Shown here in pieces: positions 9,018 to 18,540 of a DNA stretch of 53,576 bases. The translations under genes and the position numbers were made by a program. The DNA is from a virus, in the IMG/VR virus record IMGVR_UViG_3300027580_000001. One strand, written 5' to 3'. Positions within the stretch are counted from its first letter, which is position 1. The number at the start of each line of letters is the position of its first letter. The notes under the pieces are model-generated. The model saw only the letters and a list, made by a program, of their open reading frames with translations, was not told where the DNA came from and searched no databases.

Positions 9018-11171
9018 ATGTCCACGGAAACCCACTCCACGTTCACGAGTCGTATCGCCGGCCTCGCCGAGACGGACGACGATGACACCCACGTCATCAA
9101 CGGCATCGCCGTCGGCGCCGGAGACCTCACGCACGGCCTGTCCCGGAAGTCGAAGCTCTGGCAGGCCGACGAGCTCCGCGCCGCAGCGTCGACGCTCGAG
9201 GGCGCCGAGATCAAAGCCCTCCACTCCGACGCCGTCGTCGGCGAGGTCACGAAAGCCGCCTTCGAGCCCGGGGTCGGCGTCCTGTACGAGGCCGAACTCG
9301 AGGACGAGAAGCTGGCCACCGGCATCGCGAACGGCCGGCTGACGGTCAGCATCGAGGCGACGCACTTCGACGGCGGCACCGTCCAGACCGAGCAGGGCGA
9401 AGCGATGGCCGCGACGAACATCACGTTCGACGGCCTCGCCATCGTCCAGAAGGGCGCGGCGCCGTCGGCGACCGCCGAACCCGGCCAGGCGGCCGCGCTC
9501 GCCGTGATGCCCGACGAGGTCCACGCGGCCCTCGCCGACGAGGACGCTGACCTGGAGTCGGCCGCGGCGGCCGACGTCGACGACCTCTCGAACGGCACGA
9601 TCGTCGCCTGGCAGACCGGCAACGGGACGCTGGCGTACGGCCGGGTGCTCGCGGTGATCCGCGGCGACCAGGAGCTGGGCCCCGAGCACGACGACGAGAT
9701 CTCCGTCACCGCCCCCGCGGCGGTCATCCGCGTCTACCGGCCCACCCAGGGCGGCGAGTGGACGGAGACGGACGTCGTGAAGGCGCGCAAGCCCGGGTCG
9801 CTGCGGGCGCTGTCGAACTTCCCGGCGGCGCCGCAGCTCGAGGCGGCGGCCGCAGCGGACTGCCGCGAGCACCTCACGGACGCGCCGACCGAGTGCCGCG
9901 AGTGCGGCGAACGGGAGCGGACGTTCAACACGATGCGGTGTCCCGAGTGCCATCCCGAGATGACGCCCGAGGACCACCCGCCGCTCGCGACCGCCGACGA
10001 GGCGACGATCGAGGACTGGCAGGAGGCCCAGGCGGCCGCCCTCGCCGACGTCCCCTACGAGGTGACGAACGTCGCCCCGGAGGACGTCGACGAGTGGACC
10101 GATGACGAGTGGGACGGCGACGCCGTCGAGGCGGAGCTTCCGAGCCCCTCCGAGGTCGACGACGCCCCGGACGTCCTGGACCAGACGATGGCGCTCGTGC
10201 CTGGCGATGAGGAGGCGCGAGACTCGAAGTCCAGCTGGAAGGCGCCGTTCCGCGCCGGCGTCGACGCGCCGGTGAACACGCGCGCCCTCGTCGCGATCGA
10301 CGGCGCGCTCTCGGGCGCCCGCGGTGGCTTCGACGACGTCTCCGAGGAGACCGCCGACAGTCTCAGCGACTGGACGGAGTCGATGCTGGCCGCGGCGCCG
10401 GACGACCTCTACGGCGTCGAGGAGGCGGAGGCTGCGGCCTCCGAATCCGAGGTGCCTGGCGCTGGCGACGCCGGGAGCGATGACCCCGCTGGAGCGAGCT
10501 CTTCCAGTCGCGACGCCGACACCGACGCCGCCGTCGACGAGGCCGCGGACCAGGATCCGGAGTCCGGCGCTGGCCGCGATGACCCCGCTGGAGCGAGCTC
10601 TTCCAGCCGTGACAACGACCCTGCCAGCGATGACCCGGAGACCGCGGCCGCTGCGGAATCGAACCAGACGACCGACACTACTACAACGACATCCATGAGC
10701 GATGACGACGACCCCGAGGACGTCCAGGAGCTGAAGGCACGTCTCTCGGACAAGACCGAACGGATCGACACCCTCGAGGAGCAGGTTGACGACCTCGAGG
10801 AGGAGAACGAACGACTGAGCGAGCGGGCGGAGGCCGTCGACGAGGCCGAGGAGGCCTACGCCGAGGCCCTCGCCCAGCACGTCCCCCGCGACGCGGAGGA
10901 CCTCCAGGAGGACCTCTCGCTGAACCAGCTGCGGGAGTGGCTCGCGAACATCGACGAGGCCGACCTGGCCGAGGACGTCGAGCCCTCCGTCCGCTCGGGG
11001 AACGACCCCAGCGGCACCGAGACGGCGAACCTCTCGGAGGCCGAGCGCGAGCGGAAGTCCGAGCTCGAGGCGAAGCTCTCGGAGCTCGAGGAGAAGGAGG
11101 GCCCGCTGGCCGAGAAGGAGCAGGAACGGCTCGAAGCTGAACTGGCGGAGATCACCGGAGGTGACGCCTGA
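9018..11171 (+). CDS. Prohead protease/scaffold polyprotein with accessory domains
   Basis: Between MuF and the capsid genes; N-terminal protease-like domain (ALHSDAVVGEV, VSIE, FDGLAIVQKGAAPSA), then Tudor-like, CxxC and GARGG domains, and a coiled-coil scaffold C-terminus. Confidence 0.7.
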   Translation: MSTETHSTFTSRIAGLAETDDDDTHVINGIAVGAGDLTHGLSRKSKLWQADELRAAASTLEGAEIKALHSDAVVGEVTKAAFEPGVGVLYEAELEDEKLATGIANGRLTVSIEATHFDGGTVQTEQGEAMAATNITFDGLAIVQKGAAPSATAEPGQAAALAVMPDEVHAALADEDADLESAAAADVDDLSNGTIVAWQTGNGTLAYGRVLAVIRGDQELGPEHDDEISVTAPAAVIRVYRPTQGGEWTETDVVKARKPGSLRALSNFPAAPQLEAAAAADCREHLTDAPTECRECGERERTFNTMRCPECHPEMTPEDHPPLATADEATIEDWQEAQAAALADVPYEVTNVAPEDVDEWTDDEWDGDAVEAELPSPSEVDDAPDVLDQTMALVPGDEEARDSKSSWKAPFRAGVDAPVNTRALVAIDGALSGARGGFDDVSEETADSLSDWTESMLAAAPDDLYGVEEAEAAASESEVPGAGDAGSDDPAGASSSSRDADTDAAVDEAADQDPESGAGRDDPAGASSSSRDNDPASDDPETAAAAESNQTTDTTTTTSMSDDDDPEDVQELKARLSDKTERIDTLEEQVDDLEEENERLSERAEAVDEAEEAYAEALAQHVPRDAEDLQEDLSLNQLREWLANIDEADLAEDVEPSVRSGNDPSGTETANLSEAERERKSELEAKLSELEEKEGPLAEKEQERLEAELAEITGGDA
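10478..10606 (+). repeat. 30-bp exact direct repeat (10478-10507 and 10577-10606) in the scaffold linker
   Basis: cgatgaccccgctggagcgagctcttccag occurs twice and encodes DDPAGASSSS. Confidence 0.9.
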
Positions 11172-11173
11172 CG

Positions 11174-11575
11174 ATGAGTCTCGAACCCGGTCAGTCCCAC
11201 AAGAGCGACGCAACGCACACTGAGACCCGGACTGCCGCCGAGGCGCTCTCCGGCGGCGACGCCGTCGCGCTCGACGCGAACGGCGAGCTCGTCACCGCTG
11301 ACGACACCAACGACACGGTCGTCTACGGTGTCGCTGGCTACAACGGCGGCGATGGCTACGAGGCGGGGGACAACGTCCTCGTCACCTACAGCGGGCCCGT
11401 CGTCGCGAACGTCGCGGCCGGCGTCGCGCCGGGCGTCGAGCTCGGCGTCTCGGCGACCGAGGGCGAGCTCGCCGCGGGCACCAGCGCGAAGGGCATCATG
11501 ACGATGTACGCCGAGGGTGCCGCACCGGGCGGTATCCCCGACGTCCCGGACGGCTACGCCCACGTCGACGTGTAA
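11174..11575 (+). CDS. Head decoration/cement protein (DUF2190-like)
   Basis: Small Gly/Ala/Val-rich beta protein directly upstream of the major capsid gene; GDAVALDANGELV and VLVTYSGPVVANV patterns. Confidence 0.7.
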   Translation: MSLEPGQSHKSDATHTETRTAAEALSGGDAVALDANGELVTADDTNDTVVYGVAGYNGGDGYEAGDNVLVTYSGPVVANVAAGVAPGVELGVSATEGELAAGTSAKGIMTMYAEGAAPGGIPDVPDGYAHVDV

Positions 11576-11612
11576 CGTCTCCGCAACCAACACACCACAC
11601 TACTGATACGAC

Positions 11613-12440
11613 ATGCCGCTTCCCGACATCACTCAGATCGTCGACCCCACGACCGTTCGTGAGGTCGCAGCCGAACGAGTCGAAGCACAGACCGTCGTCC
11701 GCGAGTTCTTCCAGGATCCGCCTGGAGGCATCCCGGAGGGCGCTGGCGAAACCTACCAGATCCCGGTGCCCGCCGAGGAGCTCGGCGAACCCGAAGAGGT
11801 CGAGCCCGGCGCGGACACGACCTACGACCGCGAAGAGTACGGTCGCCCGGAGATCGCCCGCCAGATCTTCAAGAAGGGCTCGAAGATCCCGGAGGAGGAC
11901 ATCAACGACAACATCTTCGACCTGGTCCAGGACCACCTCGACGGCCACGCGAAGAACATGGCCAAGAAGCTGGACCGGGCCGCGTTCGCTGTCCTCGACG
12001 CGGCCGCCCCTGCTGGCAGCGCCGTCGGCGACGACGACGGCACTCTCAGCTTCACCGACATCAACTCCGGCGTGACCGAGCTCGCCCAGCGCGGCGAGGA
12101 CGGCTTCACCGCCGACATGGCCCTCGTCGGCCCGTCCGGCAAGGAGTCCCTCATCAACTACCTCGCCGAACGCGGCACCGACCTCGGGGACGAGGCGGTC
12201 CAGAACGGCGAGCTCGGCGAGTTCGCCGGCATCCGCTTCATGTTCTCGAACAACGTCACCGTCGGCGCCAACGAGGCGATCGTCGTCGACACCGACGAGT
12301 TCGGGTACGAAGGCGAGTGGCAGCCGGTCGACACCGACCAGGACACGGACTTCGACGCCGACGCGATCAAGATGAAGATCAAGGCGGCGTACGGCTGGAC
12401 CGACAAGCACTCCGAGGCCGCCGTCCGGGTCCAGGGCTGA
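11613..12440 (+). CDS. Major capsid protein (HK97 fold)
   Basis: Position and size (275 aa); HK97-like EPGADT...KKGSKIPEE...LAKKLDRAAF and GELGEFAGIRFMFSNNV segments. Confidence 0.85.
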   Translation: MPLPDITQIVDPTTVREVAAERVEAQTVVREFFQDPPGGIPEGAGETYQIPVPAEELGEPEEVEPGADTTYDREEYGRPEIARQIFKKGSKIPEEDINDNIFDLVQDHLDGHAKNMAKKLDRAAFAVLDAAAPAGSAVGDDDGTLSFTDINSGVTELAQRGEDGFTADMALVGPSGKESLINYLAERGTDLGDEAVQNGELGEFAGIRFMFSNNVTVGANEAIVVDTDEFGYEGEWQPVDTDQDTDFDADAIKMKIKAAYGWTDKHSEAAVRVQG

Positions 12441-12446
12441 TCGTCC

Positions 12447-12845
12447 ATGGCTCACGAGCTTCAGCTCACGACCGATGAGGAGGACGTCACGCTGCCGATC
12501 GGGCAGCATCCCGATGGCGTCCTCACGTTCGAGGGCGGGACTGCCGCCGTCGACGAGGAGTCGGTCGCCAGGGTCATCGACGAGACCTACCCGAACATCG
12601 AGTACGTCGACGGCGCCGACGACGGCGCCGCCAGCGACGACGCGGACTCCGAGCCCGACCAGGAGGATGACGACGTCGTCGCGGAGTCGCCGTTCGACCC
12701 GACCGAGAAGACGGTCGGCGAACTCGAGGAGCTCCTCGAGGAGGGCGACTACTCGGCGGCCGAGCTCGACGCGATCGCCGCGGCCGAGGAGGCCGGCGAG
12801 GATCGGTCGACCGCACAGGACGCAATCGACGCGGCCCGCGAGTAG
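12447..12845 (+). CDS. Virion-associated protein with a C-terminal helical (Rho-N/HeH-like) domain
   Basis: FDPTEKTVGELEELL...LDAIAAAEEAGEDRSTAQDAID; common position after the MCP. Confidence 0.55.
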   Translation: MAHELQLTTDEEDVTLPIGQHPDGVLTFEGGTAAVDEESVARVIDETYPNIEYVDGADDGAASDDADSEPDQEDDDVVAESPFDPTEKTVGELEELLEEGDYSAAELDAIAAAEEAGEDRSTAQDAIDAARE

Positions 12846-12851
12846 TGACCC

Positions 12852-13250
12852 ATGTCCTACGACGATGAATCGGACCTCAAGTACATCAACGCGCTCGCCG
12901 AGATCCCGCTCACGGGGCCGGACCTCTGGGAGGGTGACACCGAGGCGAAGCTGGACGCGGCCGAGATGGCTGAGAGCAAGCTCGAGGCGGACGTCAACGA
13001 CGGCGGGGTCATCGGTGACCCGACGCCGCTCCACGCACGAGCCGCCAACGCTTACGCCAGCTACATCCTCTTCATCGGGCCCGAGCACCCGGAGGACGCG
13101 CTGTCGGGCGAGATGTACGGCGGTGCTGGCTCGGACACCATGGAGTTCGCTCGCGAAGTCCATGAGGTCTACCGGTCACTGCGCTCGAGTATCGAGACGT
13201 CCGAGGAGGACGAGAGCAGCGACAGCAGCGACCTGATCTTCTCGGCATGA
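12852..13250 (+). CDS. Head-tail adaptor (neck 1)
   Basis: Synteny after the MCP region; helical ~130-aa protein. Confidence 0.55.
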   Translation: MSYDDESDLKYINALAEIPLTGPDLWEGDTEAKLDAAEMAESKLEADVNDGGVIGDPTPLHARAANAYASYILFIGPEHPEDALSGEMYGGAGSDTMEFAREVHEVYRSLRSSIETSEEDESSDSSDLIFSA

Positions 13251-13720
13251 CCTCGTTCGACGGCTTCGATGAGCTCGCCGAGCAGCTGCGGGTGTTCCAG
13301 GAGCAACTGGAGCAGGGCGAGCGCCTCGTCGACGACGCTCTCGATTCGGCGGTCGAGACAACGGCGGCGGGCGTCGAACGTCGGACGAAGCAGAACCTCA
13401 CCAAGCACGGAGCAGTCGACACTGGGAACCTCCGGAACTCGTACCGGTATGCCCAGGTCGATACCGCCCACTATATGGTCGGTACGTCGGTCGAGTACGG
13501 GCCCCACGTCGAGTTCGGGACCGATGCCCACGTCATCGAGGCGAACGACGGCGGGTTCCTGTACTTCGAGGGTGAGGGCGGCCAGCTGATCCGGAAGCGG
13601 TCGGTGAACCACCCGGGGACGCCGGCACAGCCGCACCTGCGGCCCGCGCTCCGGAACTCTGACCTGGCCCAGGAGATCCAGGAGGAGATCGAGGACCTGT
13701 TCGAGAAGGTGTTCCAATGA
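13247..13720 (+). CDS. HK97 gp10-like neck/tail-completion protein
   Basis: AVDTGNLRNS...VEYGPHVEFGT...HPGTPAQPHLRPAL is the gp10-like signature. Confidence 0.85.
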   Translation: MTSFDGFDELAEQLRVFQEQLEQGERLVDDALDSAVETTAAGVERRTKQNLTKHGAVDTGNLRNSYRYAQVDTAHYMVGTSVEYGPHVEFGTDAHVIEANDGGFLYFEGEGGQLIRKRSVNHPGTPAQPHLRPALRNSDLAQEIQEEIEDLFEKVFQ

Positions 13721-14313
13721 CGCCAGAAGACGTCCTTCAGGCCATCGTCCGCGCCCTCGAGGCCTCGGCCGAGTTCACGGGTGGCGACTACATCACCCAC
13801 GAGTTCGACCCCGAGGGGACGGACAATCGGCTCCAGCAGCCGATCGTCTCGTTCAACATCCCGAGCAACCCCCGGACGACCGAGTGGGACTCGGACCTCG
13901 CCGGCTACGTCACCGATGACACAGGCCAGCCGCAGGGCCGCATCTTCCGGCCGACCTGGGAGATGCAGGTCGACGTCGCAATCACTCTCGCAGCTGGAAA
14001 CGACGCGCTCGACGCGTCGGTGCTCGGCGGGGAGTTCCAGCAGGCGCTCCTGCCGCACGACTCGGCGTTGTACTCGAATCCGTTCCCCGACGGCGACGGC
14101 GGTGTCGTCGAGGAGATCGAGGACTTCACGGTCGGGAACGGCCAGCGGATGGACGACCTGGCCGGCCCGGGGCTCCGCCGCTGGCAGCAGGAGCTCGCCG
14201 TGACGTGGTACCACGAGATCACGACGGACGACACAGTGATCGACGAGATCATCGTCGCGACCACGTCGGAGATGTCCGAGGACGAAGAGGGACGCCTCGT
14301 CTGGGACTACTGA
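13717..14313 (+). CDS. Tail terminator/completion protein
   Basis: Synteny between the gp10-like and sheath genes; beta-rich. Confidence 0.55.
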   Translation: MTPEDVLQAIVRALEASAEFTGGDYITHEFDPEGTDNRLQQPIVSFNIPSNPRTTEWDSDLAGYVTDDTGQPQGRIFRPTWEMQVDVAITLAAGNDALDASVLGGEFQQALLPHDSALYSNPFPDGDGGVVEEIEDFTVGNGQRMDDLAGPGLRRWQQELAVTWYHEITTDDTVIDEIIVATTSEMSEDEEGRLVWDY

Positions 14314-14346
14314 ATCGCTCGCGAACTAACTTACCAGTTCATCAAT

Positions 14347-15684
14347 ATGGCAATTACAATCGGACAGTCCCCCGGAACCGAGGTCACGCTCGAGGCTGGC
14401 GCTATCGGAGGCATCGAGATCGGTGCCGAAGAGAAGCTCGTCATCTTCGCGCGCGGCGACCCGGCCAACGGGGACGCACAGACGAACAGCCCGGTGAAGA
14501 TCGGGTCGAAGGGCGAGGCCGAGACGCAGTTCGGCGAGGACAGTCACCTCACCGAGCTGCTGAAGCAGGCCATCGACAACGGCGCCAACACAGCCTATCT
14601 GTGGGGCGTCATGCCGGGGACCCAGTCGGTCACCGGCGAGACCGTCGACGCCACGCAGTCCTTCACCCTGAACAACGCACCCATCATCGAAGACGTCGAC
14701 GAGGTCACCGTCACCGACCCGGCGGGTCCGACGGACTACGACGTCGAGTTTCGGTACAACTCGCCGCCGGACACGCCGCAGACCGCGGAGACCGCCTTCG
14801 TTCGGCCGCAGTCTGGGGAAGTCGAGACGGACCAGGCCGCCGACTTCGAGCTCGACTACAAGTACCTCGACTGGCAGTCGGCGTTCGACTCTGCCGACCC
14901 CATCGTGAACGAGGGCGAGTCCGGCGTGTACTTCGCCGGGACGGACGCCGAGTCCGTCGCCTCGCAGCTCTTCTCGAAGGCGGAGAACCTCCGCGACCCC
15001 GCCTACAAGATGGTGAAGGCCGGCGCCGGCGCGCCGCCGAACGCGAACACCGAGGAGACGACGCCGGACCCGGACTACAACACGACCGAGTACGCGGACA
15101 ACCTCGACTCCCTGCCCGGCTTCGCGTTCGCTCCGGCCCGGCAGGACGACACGACGCACACGCTGCTCGGCGCGATCGCCGGGATCGCTGCGGGGAACGA
15201 CCTCACGAATCCGGTGCGCGGCGAGCAGCTCTCCGGCGTCGACGTCGAGTCCGGGAAGGACGACGCGGCCCTCTTCGACTGGGGCGAGCGGAACGACCTG
15301 CGGAACGCCCAGGTCGTCCCCATCAAGCAGGAGGGGTCGATCAACCTGGACGGCTCGGTGTCGACGAACACCAGCGAGAACTGGGAGACGGACTTCCAGA
15401 CGGTCCGCGTGGTCGACCGCGCCGTCCTGGTGGTGTACGCGGTCGCCCAGCAGATCATGAACTCGCTGGACACGCCCGGTCGCGACGAGATCGCGGCCGA
15501 GGAGGCGCAGGCTCAGCTCGAGGGGATGGCCGACGAAGGCCTCGTCCTCCCGAACCAGCCGGACGAGACGAACCTGTTCGTACGGCCCGTCGACGACACG
15601 CCCCAGGGCACGATCGCCCTCGAGATGGGCGTGACGCCGATCCAGGCCGTCGACACGTTCAAGACCACCATCACGATCGGGTGA
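14347..15684 (+). CDS. Tail sheath protein
   Basis: 445 aa; C-terminal ERNDLRNAQVVPI...TVRVVDR...LEMGVTPIQAVDTFKTTITIG is typical of contractile sheaths. Confidence 0.85.
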   Translation: MAITIGQSPGTEVTLEAGAIGGIEIGAEEKLVIFARGDPANGDAQTNSPVKIGSKGEAETQFGEDSHLTELLKQAIDNGANTAYLWGVMPGTQSVTGETVDATQSFTLNNAPIIEDVDEVTVTDPAGPTDYDVEFRYNSPPDTPQTAETAFVRPQSGEVETDQAADFELDYKYLDWQSAFDSADPIVNEGESGVYFAGTDAESVASQLFSKAENLRDPAYKMVKAGAGAPPNANTEETTPDPDYNTTEYADNLDSLPGFAFAPARQDDTTHTLLGAIAGIAAGNDLTNPVRGEQLSGVDVESGKDDAALFDWGERNDLRNAQVVPIKQEGSINLDGSVSTNTSENWETDFQTVRVVDRAVLVVYAVAQQIMNSLDTPGRDEIAAEEAQAQLEGMADEGLVLPNQPDETNLFVRPVDDTPQGTIALEMGVTPIQAVDTFKTTITIG

Positions 15685-15690
15685 TAACTC

Positions 15691-16071
15691 ATGGCAAACG
15701 ACCGCAATCAGACCGGTGACGACGTCGAACTCGTCATCGACGGCGAAGTGGTTCCAGTCACGGACAAGGGCTGGACCGACACCCGGGACTGGGCCGAGTC
15801 GAACTTCGACGACTCGAAGTCTCCCGACCGCGGGCTCGCAGCCCGCTCGACGGAGGGGGACCTCGAGTACGACGGCACCAAGCAGGAACTGGAGCGGAAG
15901 CTCCACGAGGCGCCGCAGAACAAGCACCGCCTCATCTTCCGGAACAAGAAGCACGGTGGCGGCTACCGGATCATGAACGTCACCATCGACGACATCGAGC
16001 ACTCGCACCCGGGCGACGGGAAGTCGAACGTCTCGATCAGTTGGTCCGGCGGCGAACCGATCCCCTTCTGA
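15691..16071 (+). CDS. Tail tube protein
   Basis: Small beta-rich protein directly after the sheath. Confidence 0.75.
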   Translation: MANDRNQTGDDVELVIDGEVVPVTDKGWTDTRDWAESNFDDSKSPDRGLAARSTEGDLEYDGTKQELERKLHEAPQNKHRLIFRNKKHGGGYRIMNVTIDDIEHSHPGDGKSNVSISWSGGEPIPF

Positions 16072-16135
16072 GGACGTCGTCGACGAAGCGCGATCGGCGT
16101 ACTGCTGAGCAACTACTTCTCGCGATTACAACATC

Positions 16136-16603
16136 ATGACACGAAACAGCGACGTTGAAGTCCTGAACAAGGTACTGGAGGAACCGGAGCGGAAACCGTA
16201 CATCATCGAGACGAAGCACGGCACGATCGAGTACGAGATCCGCCGTGCCTCGCGGACGCGACGGCATGCGTTCATCGACGCGCTCCCGGACGAGCTCGTC
16301 GAGTACATGAACGAGCAGGCGAGCGAGCAGCGCGACCAGATCGACGTCGACGACATCTCGTCGCTCGACGACCTGAGCAAGGCCGAGCCCGACGACGCGC
16401 CCTCGGACACGATGCTGACCGAGGAGTCCGTCCAGGAGATGGAGGAGTTCATCGTCGAGCACCTCGAGCACACCCAGATCTCGAACTCGGAGACGCGGGA
16501 TCTGATGGAGCTCTGGCCGGACGAGCAGTTCTTCGCGACGTCGTTCCTGATCCTCGCCGTCTCCTCGGAGAGTGACTCGGTGAAGGACTTTCGCGTCGAG
16601 TGA
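16136..16603 (+). CDS. Tail assembly chaperone
   Basis: Between tube and tape measure; ends ...GAC TTT CGC GTC GAG TGA. Confidence 0.75.
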   Translation: MTRNSDVEVLNKVLEEPERKPYIIETKHGTIEYEIRRASRTRRHAFIDALPDELVEYMNEQASEQRDQIDVDDISSLDDLSKAEPDDAPSDTMLTEESVQEMEEFIVEHLEHTQISNSETRDLMELWPDEQFFATSFLILAVSSESDSVKDFRVE

Positions 16604-16751
16604 CGAGGGCCAGGAACTCCTGAAAGACATCGAGCAGTTCGGCCTCCCGAACGTCGACTCCGCGGCCGACCTCACTGTTCCTCAAGCCGTTTTCCTGCGG
16701 GTTGCTCGGGCTGAGCGGAGTCGACGGAAGAAAAAGGAGATGAAAGGATAA
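16590..16751 (+). CDS. +1-frame extension of the tail assembly chaperone (frameshift product)
   Basis: Open +1 frame with no own start, FASSDEGQELLKDIEQFGLPNV...KKKEMKG*, ending 2 nt before the tape measure ATG. Confidence 0.65.
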   Translation, partial: FASSDEGQELLKDIEQFGLPNVDSAADLTVPQAVFLRVARAERSRRKKKEMKG

Positions 16752-16752
16752 C

Positions 16753-18534
16753 ATGTTCGAGGCACTAAACGCCAGCCTCCTCGCCACTGAGACGATCAGC
16801 CGCGCGATGAACAGCGCGGCGAACGCCACCGAGGCGGCGGGCGATGAGGCGGTCCAGTCAGGAGTAGAGTTCGGGTCCCTCGGGTCGGCGCTCGACCAGG
16901 TCGACGACGAGGCCATCCAGATGGGGGTCGGGATGCGGACGGCGAAGGGCGCCGTCGACGAGATGGGCGACGAGGCCCTCCAGGCCGCCCTCGAGACGAA
17001 GGCGCTCGACTCCGCGATGGACGACGCCGCGACGTCGTCGCTCGGGCTCGCCGCCTCGATGGGGCCGCTCCGCGGCAGCATCGGCACGATGGGTCCGCTC
17101 GTCGCCGGCGCCGTCCCGCCGCTGTTCGGCCTGGCGGGTGCGCTCGGAGGCGTCGCGACGGCCGCTGGGACTGCGGCCGGCGGGATCGCGGCGATCGCGT
17201 TCGGTGGTCTCCAGCGGAAGGCCGAGAACATGGCTGCCGCCTCGAGCCAGTTCGAGGACTCCTCGGAGGCGATGCAGGCGATCTTCAAGGACTTCGGGAG
17301 CCAGCTGAAGGAGGCGACCGAACCGCTCCAGACCGCAGCGAACACCGAGTTCGCGATGTCGGGCCTGGAGGGCGTGATCGAGCTGGTCGGGATCGCGAGT
17401 CGCGGGTTCGCGCAGATGTCCGGGACGTTACGTGAAGTGGGGTCGATGTTCGGGGGTGAAATCCTGGCATCGGCCCCTGCTGTCTTCGACGAGCTCGACG
17501 CGACACTGACGGCACTGATGCCGTCCCTCCAGGCGCTCGCGTCGATGCTCGGCGACGTCCCGCAGCTCATCGCGTTCCTCCGTGAGAGTACCATCCGAGC
17601 CCAGTCGGAGATGATCGGACTCGGTGGTGCTGTCGTCGACGCCGCAGCGGGCCTGACCACACTCGGGGTCGCCATCCTCGACCTGGTCCTCCCCGTGCTG
17701 AACCCACTGCTCAGCCTCATCGGGTGGACGGCCACGCTGATCGGCTCGCTCCCCGAGCCAGTCCTCGCGGCAGCCGGGGCGTTCGCCATCTACACCGCCG
17801 CGGTCGCCCTCTACGGGGGCGTCGCCGGCGCTGCTGCAGCCGCGACCGGAGTACTCGCCGGCGCTATCGGCGTGATCACGGCGCCGATCTCCGCGACCGC
17901 CCTGGCGATCGGGGCGCTCATCGGCGCCGTCGTCGGCATCATCACGTACTTCGGCCTCTGGGGCGACATCATCGGTTTCGTCAAGGGCCTCTGGAACGCC
18001 CTCGTCGAGATCGTCGAGTTCGCCATCCAGGTCACGTACGGGATGATCCTCGCGATCGAGGACCTCCTCGGGCCGCTGACGTTCCTCCTCGGGCCACTCG
18101 GCGTCGTCATCTGGACGATCGCGAACCTCGGGGAGATCATCAAGTTCGTCGGCGGCGTCTTCGACTGGTTCATGGGCGTCGTCGACACCGTCATCTCGAC
18201 GGTGATGGGGTGGGTCGACACCGCGATCGGCGCCATCCAGCAGCTCATGGACTGGGCGATGTCGGTGGTCAACGCTATCCCGGGCGTCTCCGTCGACTTC
18301 GGCGACGTCCAGGAGACTGTCAACCTCGACGGGCTGAAGGCCGGCGAGGAAACCGAGTCCGCACCCGAGGACGAGGACAAGGGTCAGACGAAGCAGGAGG
18401 CGAAGAACCACTACGACTTCCGCGGCGCCGACTTCGGGGACTCCTCGCAGTCCCAGGTCGAGCAGACGGTCACCGAGGCCGTCCGGAAGGCGAACAACGA
18501 GTCGCGGGCCCGCGAGGACGGCCAGCAGTTCTGA
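16753..18534 (+). CDS. Tape measure protein
   Basis: 593 aa, Ala/Gly-rich helical, with hydrophobic W/F-periodic repeats in the C-terminal half; canonical position. Confidence 0.88.
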   Translation: MFEALNASLLATETISRAMNSAANATEAAGDEAVQSGVEFGSLGSALDQVDDEAIQMGVGMRTAKGAVDEMGDEALQAALETKALDSAMDDAATSSLGLAASMGPLRGSIGTMGPLVAGAVPPLFGLAGALGGVATAAGTAAGGIAAIAFGGLQRKAENMAAASSQFEDSSEAMQAIFKDFGSQLKEATEPLQTAANTEFAMSGLEGVIELVGIASRGFAQMSGTLREVGSMFGGEILASAPAVFDELDATLTALMPSLQALASMLGDVPQLIAFLRESTIRAQSEMIGLGGAVVDAAAGLTTLGVAILDLVLPVLNPLLSLIGWTATLIGSLPEPVLAAAGAFAIYTAAVALYGGVAGAAAAATGVLAGAIGVITAPISATALAIGALIGAVVGIITYFGLWGDIIGFVKGLWNALVEIVEFAIQVTYGMILAIEDLLGPLTFLLGPLGVVIWTIANLGEIIKFVGGVFDWFMGVVDTVISTVMGWVDTAIGAIQQLMDWAMSVVNAIPGVSVDFGDVQETVNLDGLKAGEETESAPEDEDKGQTKQEAKNHYDFRGADFGDSSQSQVEQTVTEAVRKANNESRAREDGQQF

Positions 18535-18540
18535 CCACCC

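Noticed and set aside
8049-11213. 1054-aa minus-strand ORF, and similar long antisense ORFs (5602..7431, 11496..13163, 14326..16008, 17428..19020, 46856..48424)
   Set aside because: Shadow ORFs opposite well-supported genes; the high-GC codon bias removes stops on the antisense frame; no recognisable motifs
16600-16623. Classical -1 frameshift in the tail chaperone
   Set aside because: The -1 frame stops at 16621-16623, and no X XXY YYZ heptamer is present
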